This document shows, one piece after another, positions 36,913-47,205 of a DNA stretch of 64,000 nt; positions within the stretch are counted from its first letter, which is position 1, and every line of letters starts with the position of its first letter. Below the pieces are notes generated by a model, which was not told the origin of the DNA, made no database searches, and saw nothing but the letters and a program-made list of their open reading frames with translations. The DNA is from Xylographa opegraphella (lineage: Eukaryota): assembly GCA_022813865.1 (NCBI GenBank), contig JALDZX010000051.1:1-64000 (forward strand). Reading direction: 5' to 3'. Both the position numbers and the translations under genes were made by a program.

Positions 36913-37750
36913 ATGGCAGAACTCGTTGGTGGCCTGGCTGGCTCTCTCCAGGGAACAGTGACTGGCTTTGTAAATGGAGGTCAGAATTTACTGGACAGAT
37001 TCTTTCCCCCGGAGCGCCGTGCTGAGCTCTGGGCCAAGCTCAACAAATTCGCTACGGAGAAGCCGATGCTTGCAGTATGTTTACGGCTCTGTCCTCAGGA
37101 TGCTTGCTGACAGGCGGTTGGCCTAGTCCTTCCTGCTCTCCCAGATAGCTCTCTCCGGAATCCCAATTGCCTTGTTCGTCGTCATGACAATTGGCGTTTT
37201 CGTCTTTGCTCTGGTCGCTGCCCTCGTCATTGGTGTACTGGGGGCCTTGCTGTTCACAGCTTTCTGTGTTGGGGTTGCCCTTCTTGTTCTGTTACCCGTG
37301 CTGTTCATCACCACTTTCGCTGGGGCATTCATCTGGCTCTGGGGTGTCGGGACATACTACATTTTAAAATGGTTTAATCAAAAGGACATTCCGGGTATAC
37401 ACTCGGGCGCCCTAGACGGTATCACGGGCGGCAAGGAGAGCGATGGCACTTCAGACTCTGCCCCAGAAACCAACGGCGAATCCAAAGCGCCACCTCCGAA
37501 GCACGAGGACACTGGAGACCATCCCAAACATAAGCAAGCAAAGAAATCAGGTGGCAACCCCAACGGTGTACCCGGTGCAGACAAGCTCGACGATATAGGG
37601 AAAGCTACTGGTTTGGACTCCGGACCGGTCGGAGATGTCAAGAAGAAGGCAGACGTGGGCAATATCACCAAGAACGCAGATGTTGGGAATGTGACGAAGA
37701 AGGCAGACCTCGGTAAAGTCAAGGACTCGGTACCTGGGGGTTTGCTGTAA
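36913..37750 (+). CDS. Promethin/LDAF1 (Ldo16-like) lipid-droplet membrane protein; intron 37076-37126
   Basis: FPPERRAELWAKL..FATEKPMLA, then SFLLSQIALSGIP and a long hydrophobic hairpin ending FIWLWGVGTY. The C-terminus has K(K/N)ADVG repeats. Confidence 0.7.
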
Positions 37751-38181
37751 TGTGGATCAAGCACTTTTCTCGCAACGTATGGCTTCTGCTTTGTTTTTGT
37801 TAAACGTCATGATCATACTCCGCACCCAGCGTTGGCGTCCCGGTTGGGACATGGCCTCGTCTTCCGCGAGGATTGGTATGTAACATATGGATTCATTCAC
37901 GAGGATCTACAAAGAGGAAATGTAACAGACATTAAGGGAAAGCTGCATTTACTCTTATTCTCTACTGAAGTTGTGCTACCTTGTTTCTGATCATGAGAAG
38001 AGTCGTCAAGGATCGCAACGGCTTGTAGTGAATTTTCGCGGCACTCTTTTCAGCATGTTGAAGACTGTTCGATCAATCGATCCCGGGACCAAAGAAAGAA
38101 AAACAAGCTTCAGGGAGTCTCCACGGCCAGTCTGCCGTACGGCTTGCAGCATGCTCCCGGACTCCAAGCCACGGTAAATCC

Positions 38182-39021
38182 CTAGGGTTTCCGTCCCACA
38201 ACGACATAAAACCCCTCCTCCTCCCTCACCATCCCATCCGGCCCGGCCCGGCTTGCGAATTGCTCGACGAACAAAGTTCTCGCCCTCGCCCTCGTCTCAA
38301 CGTCCGCTGCCAATCGCGGATGCAACTGCCCCAACGGTCCCGCCACCCAGCGATCAAAAAGCTCCCCACCCTCACCCACACCGTACACCCGTGCTGACGC
38401 ATAGCCCCGGGCCACAAAACTCCGCTCCACACGCAATCCCGCCGCGGCTACGAGCCCCTCGAGCGCCTCCGGGCCTCTGATCCACCGCCGCCCGAACGGC
38501 AACGCGACGCCCACCTCCGCAGCCACGTGCTCGAACACCAGCCCCGGGAGCTGGGACCTCTCCGTCGGCACATCGACGACCAAGCGCCCGCCACTTGCGA
38601 GGAAAGCGGCCCAGTGCCCCACCGCCGCGCGCGGGTCTTCCAGCCACGGCAGCGCAGACGCGCACGTGATTGCGTCGTACGCCGGCCGCAGGCCCAGGCC
38701 CGCCAGCTGCGTGATGTCGTGCTGGACGAAGGCGATGTTCGGACCGCGCGGTAGCTGCGCTGCCTTGCGCTGCGCGACGGTGAGCATCTCGGCGCAGACG
38801 TCGATGCCCGTGGCGCTGCCGCTCGGGCCGGCTGCGACGGCGGCGAGGATGGTGGCGAGGCCGGTGCCGCAGGCGAGGTCGAGCACGTGCTGGCCGGGTG
38901 AGACGCCGGCCCAGCTGGGGAAGGCGCCGGCGTGGGAGACGTGCCAGGAGTCGTCGTACGTGGATGCTTGGGCGCTGTAGACGTGCTGGGAGATTTGGGG
39001 CTGAGTGAGCGTGGGTGGCAT
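38182..39021 (-). CDS. Class I SAM-dependent methyltransferase (UbiE-like), intronless and GC-rich
   Basis: VLDLACGTGL, GIDV..EML, FVQHDIT, YDAITCASAL and LASGGRLVVD. Confidence 0.88.
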   Translation of the reverse strand: MPPTLTQPQISQHVYSAQASTYDDSWHVSHAGAFPSWAGVSPGQHVLDLACGTGLATILAAVAAGPSGSATGIDVCAEMLTVAQRKAAQLPRGPNIAFVQHDITQLAGLGLRPAYDAITCASALPWLEDPRAAVGHWAAFLASGGRLVVDVPTERSQLPGLVFEHVAAEVGVALPFGRRWIRGPEALEGLVAAAGLRVERSFVARGYASARVYGVGEGGELFDRWVAGPLGQLHPRLAADVETRARARTLFVEQFASRAGPDGMVREEEGFYVVVGRKP

Positions 39022-39661
39022 GGTGGGGAGAGAATGGTGGGGGTGGAGGTATCAAGGGCGGGGGGAGTGGAGGGTGTTAGTGATGATATGAGTCTGGCGC
39101 AGAGATCTCTGGTGATGATGGGTTTGATGGTGGCTGTGCTGTGATAGTGGCTATGTGGAGATTCAGCTTGAATCAATCGTTCGCTTATAGAGACCTGCGG
39201 AATGAACGGACAGCTTTCACTACACTTTCAGATGAGTTGATGGCGAACGCAGAGGGAGCGTAAGCCATCTTATGGTAGCCATGCTCGACTTCAGAGGTTC
39301 CAATCTTATTGGGCTTCATAGCAAATGTCTTCGCCGTGTTGGCAAGAGTCAATTTCAAGATTTCCGGCAGCCTGTCAGTCGCACGTGAACCAGAAGTGCG
39401 GCATACCAACAGCTATCCAATTCCACTCATCGCCACGACTCAGTATGTACGAATGCAGCTACCCAAGCTTAAGATCGACAACGAGAATGTCCCGTGAGAA
39501 GAACAACCTCAGAACCAGTCATCATGCACATAAACCACCACACGTCCAATTCAAGAGCTCATATCATCAACCTTGTGTACAAAAGAGCAAGCTGCAGCCA
39601 TCGACCAAGCCAGCAACCGAGACTTCACGTCAAGATATCCGCACCGATGCGGGCCTTAGAT

Positions 39662-39815
39662 CTAAACGGGGCATGACTGGAAGAAAGTCAGGCACGATGG
39701 AGCGTTTTCACGAAGAGGGACCGTGGGCTCTGACCTTCCCACACGAACCGCATGTCTTCCCCCCGCCTTGGAGCTGGACCCCACACGACGGACACTTGGC
39801 ATGGCCGTCTGGCAT
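39662..39815 (-). CDS. 31-aa Cys-rich microprotein MPDGHAKCPSCGVQLQGGGKTCGSCGKSCPV; intron 39734-39677
   Basis: ATG in good context (CACAATG), a 27-codon exon, a canonical 58-nt intron GTCAGA...CTGAC...TTCCAG, then TCA TGC CCC GTT TAG. Confidence 0.75.
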
Positions 39816-40195
39816 TGTGGTCGAAGTTTCGGTAGCGAGACTTTTGTGCAGGAGGTAAGGGTTGGGTGCTCGTTGATGTGTTCTCAGTATCAAAGGATGC
39901 TGATGCTGTAGAGTGTGAAAGCCAAAGGGGCAGAGATATAAATGATGGGTGCCATGCAAGTGCTCGTGATAGGTTATGAGGTGCGGGGTCGTTCCTCCGT
40001 ACCCTAAAGCGCCACATTGAGGCGCAAAGCTATCGAGTGATACCGGGAACCGTCTGTGACTGTTTACATTCGAGACGTTCTTGTTTGCCAATGAAGTTGG
40101 CCGCCACTCGTGAGCGTGAATATTGTCGCAAAAGACGTCCAAGGCTCGTCAACATGGTAAATTGCTACACTTGCCAGCCTTCCATCCTCTAAACC

Positions 40196-41407
40196 TCACA
40201 CAGACAGAGTCCTCCCCTCTCTCGAGCTTTGCCGAGCAAGCTCAATCAGTCGGATAACTTCTGCGGGGCCTTCTGGATGGACAGGTACCTCCCCCTGTCC
40301 ATTGAGGGCTTTGGCGAACTGCGTGTAGAATGCGCCGTACGTCAGAGGTTCAACTGTGGGGTAGGTGGTCGTTGATGGTGCTTCTCCTTTCATGGTCGTC
40401 AACGTCCCATATCTTTCCTTGGGCTCCACTCCAAATCCAGGATCTCCAGGCTTCCGCCCTCCTTTCAGTTCATCTTCTTGCCCATCCAGGTGATACTTGA
40501 ATGATGTTAGCGAAGGGATTTATTCCGTGACGTGTTGGGCAACCAACCTTTTTGTAGCTTCCTGCTTGGCCACGGACCCAGTACCGTAATTGCGCTGTTT
40601 CCAGACTAATCACACTTGCTTTCATGGTGGCCACCATGCCATCATAGTGCATCAGGACAGTACAAGAATCTTCGAAGCCGTCCGGGTTATGCTCTCTTTG
40701 CGAGCCGATGAAGCCCATGATCTTTGTAGGCATGCCAAACAAGAACACGACCTGATCAATTAGGTGAGTTCCCAGATCATAAACTACCCCTCCGCCTGGT
40801 AAAGGTTTTGTCTTCCAACCAGTCCCAACGTTTGGTCGATATCGATCGAAGTGTGTCTCAAATTCGACGATGCGGCCAAGGGTGTTGTTTTTGATCATTT
40901 CCGACAGGGTGAGGAAGTCAACGTCCCATCTCCTATCTGCATCGACCATCAGCACCACTCGAGGTATATGGGTCAGCTTGCTTACTTTGGTAGACAGTGA
41001 GTAGCCTCTGGTGCTTCTTCGCAATGGCGATCAACTCCTGTGCTTCCTTGGATGTTGGCGTAAAGGGTTTCTCCACCACCACTGCCTTGATTTAGCTCTA
41101 CCCGAGATCACTGTGGGGACCCCATACCATGCTTGCCGCTTTCCAAAGCGAGCTTCGTCAAATCAAAATGTGTGCCAGGCGTAGTCAACACGAGCACCAC
41201 ATCCACGGCTTCATCTCGAATCATCTCCTCCCCTGACCGGTAAATCTTGACATCGGGATAATCGCTTTCTGCATCGTCGCCGGGCTTGGGGCTGCGCTGC
41301 ACGATGGCATGAAGCCTGAATTCTGGAACGACAGAGATCAATGGCAGATGGAAGACCTTTGCGGACATGCCATAGCCAATAATGCCTACATTGAATGGGG
41401 GAGACAT
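40196..41407 (-). CDS. Gfo/Idh/MocA-family NAD(P)-dependent oxidoreductase, multi-intron
   Basis: VGIIGYGMSAKVFHLP, THFDLTKLALESGKH, VVEKPF, RRWDVDF, THFDRYRP and YDLGTHLIDQ. Confidence 0.92.
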
Positions 41408-42010
41408 GATGCACTATTGAAGGGCGGATCTGGGCTTGGATTCAAGCTGCGTAAATTGCTGTACGAGTCGGAACAACCAATTTCATACAAATGGCTCGAG
41501 CCAGGCAACAGCCGGATTGATTGTTTTCCCATCTTGAGCTCAGCAGCCGTCTTCAAACTGCCTAGGTAAGTTGACCCATAGAAAAAGGTTACGTCGGCGA
41601 TCGGGCCGTCGGAGGGGCTGCAGGCACGCCAAGACTTTTGTTTCAGCAGACATTAAGACTACCGTATCTACTACTGCCCTTCGTCCAACTTTCGAAATAC
41701 GATCACAAGACATCGGCCACAAATCAAATTGACCGTTCGTTCGGTAAGCTTTAGGTAACCTCACATCTTCTATGGAAGCGATTGCATGCATGCATTTCTT
41801 TTGGTACGGGTGGCTCGGAAGCTTGAGAATGAAACAAGCAATATATGCTCATCACTCTGTGAACTGCAGAACTGGTAACACAGCATCAGATGTTGACTCT
41901 CAAAAGTGCTTTTATGCGGGAGTCTGTTGTTTGAGAGACTACTCGTAGAACGTGATGTCTGTGCTGCATGTTAGTGCTCTGCCTCAACGTTCTCGTCCGA
42001 TCACATCCTT

Positions 42011-42994
42011 TCACTCTTCCGCGACGCATCTTGTAATCTCGATGCCGTCCTGCAACCGCTTCGTTAGCTATCTGGTGGCGAATGTACAGCCATACACTCA
42101 CTGGCACTCCCGTCGGCTCGAAGCTGTGGACTATTTTGCTCTCATATCGAAGATTCGGATTCCCTTTGATCTCGGTGCTTAGCTTTTCCTCTCCTTCTCT
42201 CTTGATATACTGGTTTCTCGTTCTCTCCGCAAACTCCGCGGTTTCCTTCCCACTCTCGCCACTCTCATATTGCTCGCGTTTCTCGGCTACAGTACTGCGC
42301 ACGTATGCCAGATAGGGAGGGTTCCCGGGCTTGATGACATTGTCCGCCGCCAAGAGCGAACCTGGCGTCACCAAACCCAGATGCTCGCACAACTTCAGGT
42401 CCGTTGTGTAGGCGGGTTTGTAGTGATCGAGGAACATCAAGTCGATGTGTTGCAACGTCCCGTCCGCGTGCAATCTCTTGATCGATTGTGCGCTGGGCCC
42501 CACGACGACTTTGACGACATCACTCAAGCCGGCCAAATCCACGAGCGACATGATCACCGCGGCGAACTCGGGATTTCGTTCCAGACTGAGGTATCGGTGC
42601 CCGCCGGCTTCGCGGACGGCATTCCCGAACAGGAGGGCGGAATAGCCCACGTACCCTCCCAGCTCCACCATCGTCTTCGGCTTGATCTCGGCGATCAGAT
42701 CCGTCACGATCTTGCCCTTGTCTTCGCCCACGTTCATCAAGTACTTCTTCGTGCGGCCATATTCGTCGATGGCCTGCAGCATCTTTGACGGAGACCCCCT
42801 TATTTCGTCAATCGATGGGTGGCTGTACAAGAAATGCAGCAGCTCGATCTCCCGGCCGTCGTCAAACTGCAGCGACGCCGTTAGCTCCACAGGCACACGA
42901 TCACCGCCGTGAGACTGACGAACGCTGTCCCTTCTTCTTCTTGAGCCACATACGCCTTCTTCTCGTCAAACTTGGTCTCCGACGGCGGGGCCAT
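42011..42994 (-). CDS. mysB: O-methyltransferase (COMT-like; 4-deoxygadusol-forming MysB equivalent); two introns
   Basis: YLMNVGEDKG, MVELGGYVGYSA, LMFLDHYKPAY and LAADNVIKPG. The spliced C-terminus is ...GVP|DGIEITRCVAEE. It is divergent from the DDG synthase; the mysB name rests on cluster context. Confidence 0.88.
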
Positions 42995-43907
42995 CTCTGG
43001 AGAGCTGGAGAGCGGGAGAGTCGAAGGCCTCGGGTTTCAGACTCTCCTATTCAGACAGCAAAGGGGAATGACGGCAGCACTGTGAAATGTTCGTCAGGGG
43101 AAGCTTGGAGCAGCGATACGAAGCCATCTACACCGGCCGGCAGCGACCCTTGCACGCCTCAAAGAAGTCTTGTTCACACGACGTCACATGGATTCTACGA
43201 GGGCTAGAGAACGGGCAAGGGTTTGGTAGGAAGCATGACCAATGCCATTGAGTCAGGACGTGCTTCGATTCGCCATCGTTGCGACAGCGCAGAGCTGCAC
43301 GTCCGAGGTCGGAAAACACCCCGGTCCCTTTCCGACCCCGCACTTGGCCGCGAGTGGACTAGGGCGAGGGCACCACGGCCAGAGCGCGTTCATTATTGTG
43401 ACCCTTTTGCTTTTTATGCTTCGGGAAGGGTAGCTATGTTTTCGTGCTTGGCTTCCAGGCCCAGTTCCAGCTTCACGCTTCAGCTCCACCTTCCAACTCC
43501 ATCGGACATGATACGCTCCTCAGTCCGGCCGCCACGCTTGGCCGGCGATGTCGTACGTGTGGAACCCGGCGGCCTCCCAAGCGATGCTCGCCGGCTGCAG
43601 CCCCTGCCCTCGCCCGAATGTACTGAAGTCATGACTGGGCGGTGACTGGCTAAGGGGCACTAGTGGAACGACCTGCTCGAACCGACCGTCACCAAAGGCC
43701 GGTCGATCAGCAACCCCAGCATCCCAGGCGCGGTTGCCCCTCCAGAGTTGGACGTCCGCGTGGGAGCAGGCGCATCGTTCCTGTGCAACGTTGGGTATCG
43801 AGCAATTGAGGAAGGTCACAAGCGGAAGGTGCAGACGCGAGCACCAATATCCCGCTCTCTGGAAGAATGCCGGAGACTTGCCCGCGGCCATGGTCCAGGC
43901 CTGAACA

Positions 43908-43941
43908 GGATCGGCGGATCGGCGGATCGGCGTGGACGTCA
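43908..43941. promoter_or_regulatory. (GGATCGGC)x3 repeat followed by a CRE-like GACGTCA in the O-MT/DDGS divergent promoter
   Basis: ggatcggcggatcggcggatcggcg at 43908-43932 and GACGTCA at 43935-43941. Function is inferred only. Confidence 0.35.
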
Positions 43942-44982
43942 AGGCAACTTAATCTATCCGAGATCTGGCACCAGGGCTTCGGGAAGTCTGATCTCAACAC
44001 CGAAAAGCCCTCCTTCCCTGCTTCCTGCTTCTGGTGGGGGGGGGAGCCATGTAAGGTGTGATGTGGGGTAGGGCACATGCCGTTCTCTTTCACGGTAGGT
44101 AGGTCCATATCTGGTACTAGAGGTAATGAGGCCCCTAGAGAATGGGATGTCGCCATGGCCCGCGTGCAGCTGCCTCGCGCCTCGGTCCCCATCTGACTGG
44201 CTCCGTTGCCCGCGAGCCTTGTCATAGCGCGGTCTCGATGATGTCAGGAATGCACATCATGCATGTTCCCTACCTTTAGGTACCTTGCGTGGTGACGATC
44301 ATGCTCTGGTCTGCAATAATGTGCTTGCGTGCATGTGTCAACACTTGTTGCTTGCTGCTTGTCCGCCGCCACAACCACGGCCAAAGGGGATTCTCGTCTG
44401 GGCGCGGTTCCTGGCATGCTACGCCCGTGATGACTGGTGCTCTGAGCCACACGCTCCAGCGTTCCCCGTTGGTTGATCTTCACAACGCCATTGTTTGGCC
44501 CCTTGCAATCCCCATGCGCATCATGGAGAAGCGGTGGTCGAAATTTTCGTTGTGCTACCGTCAGTGATGCTTGCATTGTGGTCTGACTCCAAGTGGATGG
44601 GCCGATCGCTGGCGTGGAGGATGCCCTGGCGAACGCTTTGGCCAAAACGCCTGCGAGACTGGGATACCGCTACCTGCGGCTGTGTGCATCCTGGTGGGCT
44701 TGGTGGGCTTGTGGATCGTTAGGTTTCTGCTGTTGACGACGGGAAGGAGAAAATCTACTGGCTGAGACCTCCCAGCAGATGAGTGTGTAATACACTTGGA
44801 TGTGGGCAATTTCAAACGAGTCGTTCTGCCCCGTGGGCACTGGACACCTCATATACATCTGCGAACCCTCACCCTCGTTGTTTCTCATCACAGCCTCCTC
44901 TTCGACCGCTCCAGTTTCACCACCCGTGCTTCCAGACCAAGAATTCTTTTTCCAGCGCCCTACATTTTACCCATCGGTAAGC

Positions 44983-46637
44983 ATGTCGGACCTCACCGCC
45001 ACAGTCAACGTGACCAAGAACGGCTTCCACGTCGATGGCTACGAAAAGATATCCTACGACTTCACCTTCCTCGATGGCGTCTTCAATCCCGAAAATCCCC
45101 AGCTGGCAGAGTGCTACAAGAGATGGGGACGAGTCTTGGCGGTGACGGATCTCAACGTGTACAACGTCTACGGCGAACAGATTGAGAAGTATTTCGAGCA
45201 CCATAGCATCGACTTGAAAGTCCACAAGACCAAGATTGGCGAGAAAGCCAAGACGATTCCGACCTTCTTGAGCATTGTGGATTCGATGACGGAGTTTGGC
45301 ATTTATCGAAAGGTACTCACCAATGTCAGTGATTGATGTTGGAAGTATAATGGTTTATCATCTATAGGAACCGGTGCTTGTAGTGGGCGGGGGCCTTGTG
45401 ACTGATGTTGCTGGGTAAAAGCTCGCCGTTGCCAGAGATTATATCAAGGCACTCTCCCATCAATCTCCTACAACGTTGTCTATGTGTGACTGGCACAGCT
45501 AACCATGTCTGCCTAACCTCAGTTTCGCCTGTGCTGCCTACCGCAGGAACACCAACTTCATCCGAGTGCCGACCACGGTGATTGGTCTGATTGATGCTTC
45601 CGTCTCCATCAAGGTTGCTGTGAACTATGGCAACTACAAGAACCGTTTGGGGGCATACCATGCACCCATGCACACCTTCCTGGACTTTACATTCCTCCGA
45701 ACTCTACCGACCGCTCAAATCCGGAATGGCTTCGCGGAGCTGATCAAAATCTCGACCTGTTCCCATCTGGATACGTTCAACCTCCTCGACAAGTACTGCG
45801 AACAACTCATCGAGACTGGCTTTGGCCGCACCGATGGGGCTCCGACGGAGGTTCGAGAGGCGGCGGACAAGATCAACAGGGAGGGGATCCACGAGATGCT
45901 CAAATTGGAAACGCCTAACCTACATGAAATTGGGTTGGATCGAGTCATCGCCTACGGGCACACGTAAGTGTTCTCGAGGCCGAAGGAAGCTGCCACACTA
46001 TGTGCAGGGTGTTAACAACGATCATAGTTGGTCTCCCATGCATGAACTTGTGCCCGAGACGCCTCTCCGACACGGGCATGCTATCTCCATTGACATGGCT
46101 TACTCCGCCACGTTGGCGAACAATCGCAAGCTAATTTCAGACGAAGAGCATCGCCGCATCCTCAATCTCTTCTCGCGAGCCGGGCTCTCCATGGATCACC
46201 ATCAATTCGACGAGGACATTCTAGACAAGGGTACAGCAGCCATTCTCAAGACCAGAGATGGGAAGTTGCGCGCCGCTGTTCCCAGCCCCATCGGATCGTG
46301 CACTTTCATCAACGATATTGAGCTTTCCGAGCTCAACGACGCGCTCCGTCGGCACAAGGAGCTGATGAAGGAATACCCGCGCAACGGGGAAGGCCTGGAA
46401 GCGTACGTCGACGCAAGCGATACGGGGTACACCAACAACAACAAGCAGGAAGTTCAAGCCTTGGAGAAAGCTGCCGACGAGGCCGGTAGTCTCAATGGCA
46501 ATGGCCACATCCACGGTGGAAAGGTGGACAGTGGAGAGTCGAATGGCACGAACGGTATCAGGGAGAAGATGGCCAACGGAGCTGCAAAGGGCCTCACGAA
46601 TGGCATGAACGGCTTTACAAACGGCGCAAGGGCTTAA
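44983..46637 (+). CDS. mysA: Desmethyl-4-deoxygadusol synthase (DDGS, sedoheptulose-7-phosphate cyclase); introns 45313-45367, 45415-45522, 45964-46027
   Basis: [68 protein letters not shown] and the DDGS-type [26 protein letters not shown], plus [10 protein letters not shown]. Confidence 0.95.
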
Positions 46638-47205
46638 AAAACCGTCAAAAAAGTGTTAACGTGTGGAATGTTTTTATCTCCTGTTGATTAGAAAAAGTAG
46701 GATTTGATTTTACCAATTTTGCATGTAGAGTAGTGATAATGGTTTTCAAAAAATAAGTATTTATCAGAGGGAAGATTTGCGGTGGTGACCTTGTTGCTTA
46801 GAATGCTTGACATGTGACAGACACAAAAAAACTTTAGCTGTGCAGATATGACGTAATTGAGGTTGCCGTCTGCCATGTTCAAAGTACTAGGCTAGTAAGG
46901 TAGGTCGTGTGGGAGTGTTCATGACGGCGCAACTCGGCCCTAATTGAATCAAATCGAAGGATCTTCCATCCATGTCAATCCGATATCGATCCATTACGTC
47001 GATCTCGCCCGAAATGAGGGCTGCCTTGACTACCAAGCGTCGGTGAATTCAACCATTCTCACCCCAGTGCGCCCAGTCGAGCAGTTGCTGACCCGTTAAG
47101 CCTCGCGAGTCGAAGTTCGAGGTCGGTATAGGCTCGCATCACCGAGATAGCGACTGCATATTTCCACTTGCATTATTTCTTCCCTATCGAGGCGCAAGAC
47201 GCAAA

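Noticed and set aside
38226..39176. Several long overlapping ORFs around the methyltransferase
   Set aside because: Shadow frames of GC-rich coding DNA with Arg/Pro-rich composition.
42995..44982. Many 60-170 aa ORFs between O-MT and DDGS
   Set aside because: No recognisable domains or consistent splice model; best read as a GC-rich promoter.
44983..46637. 3-dehydroquinate synthase (shikimate pathway) or EEVS
   Set aside because: Fungal DHQS is part of pentafunctional AROM. The PNLHE/AYGHTWSP motifs and the O-MT and ATP-grasp neighbours indicate DDGS.
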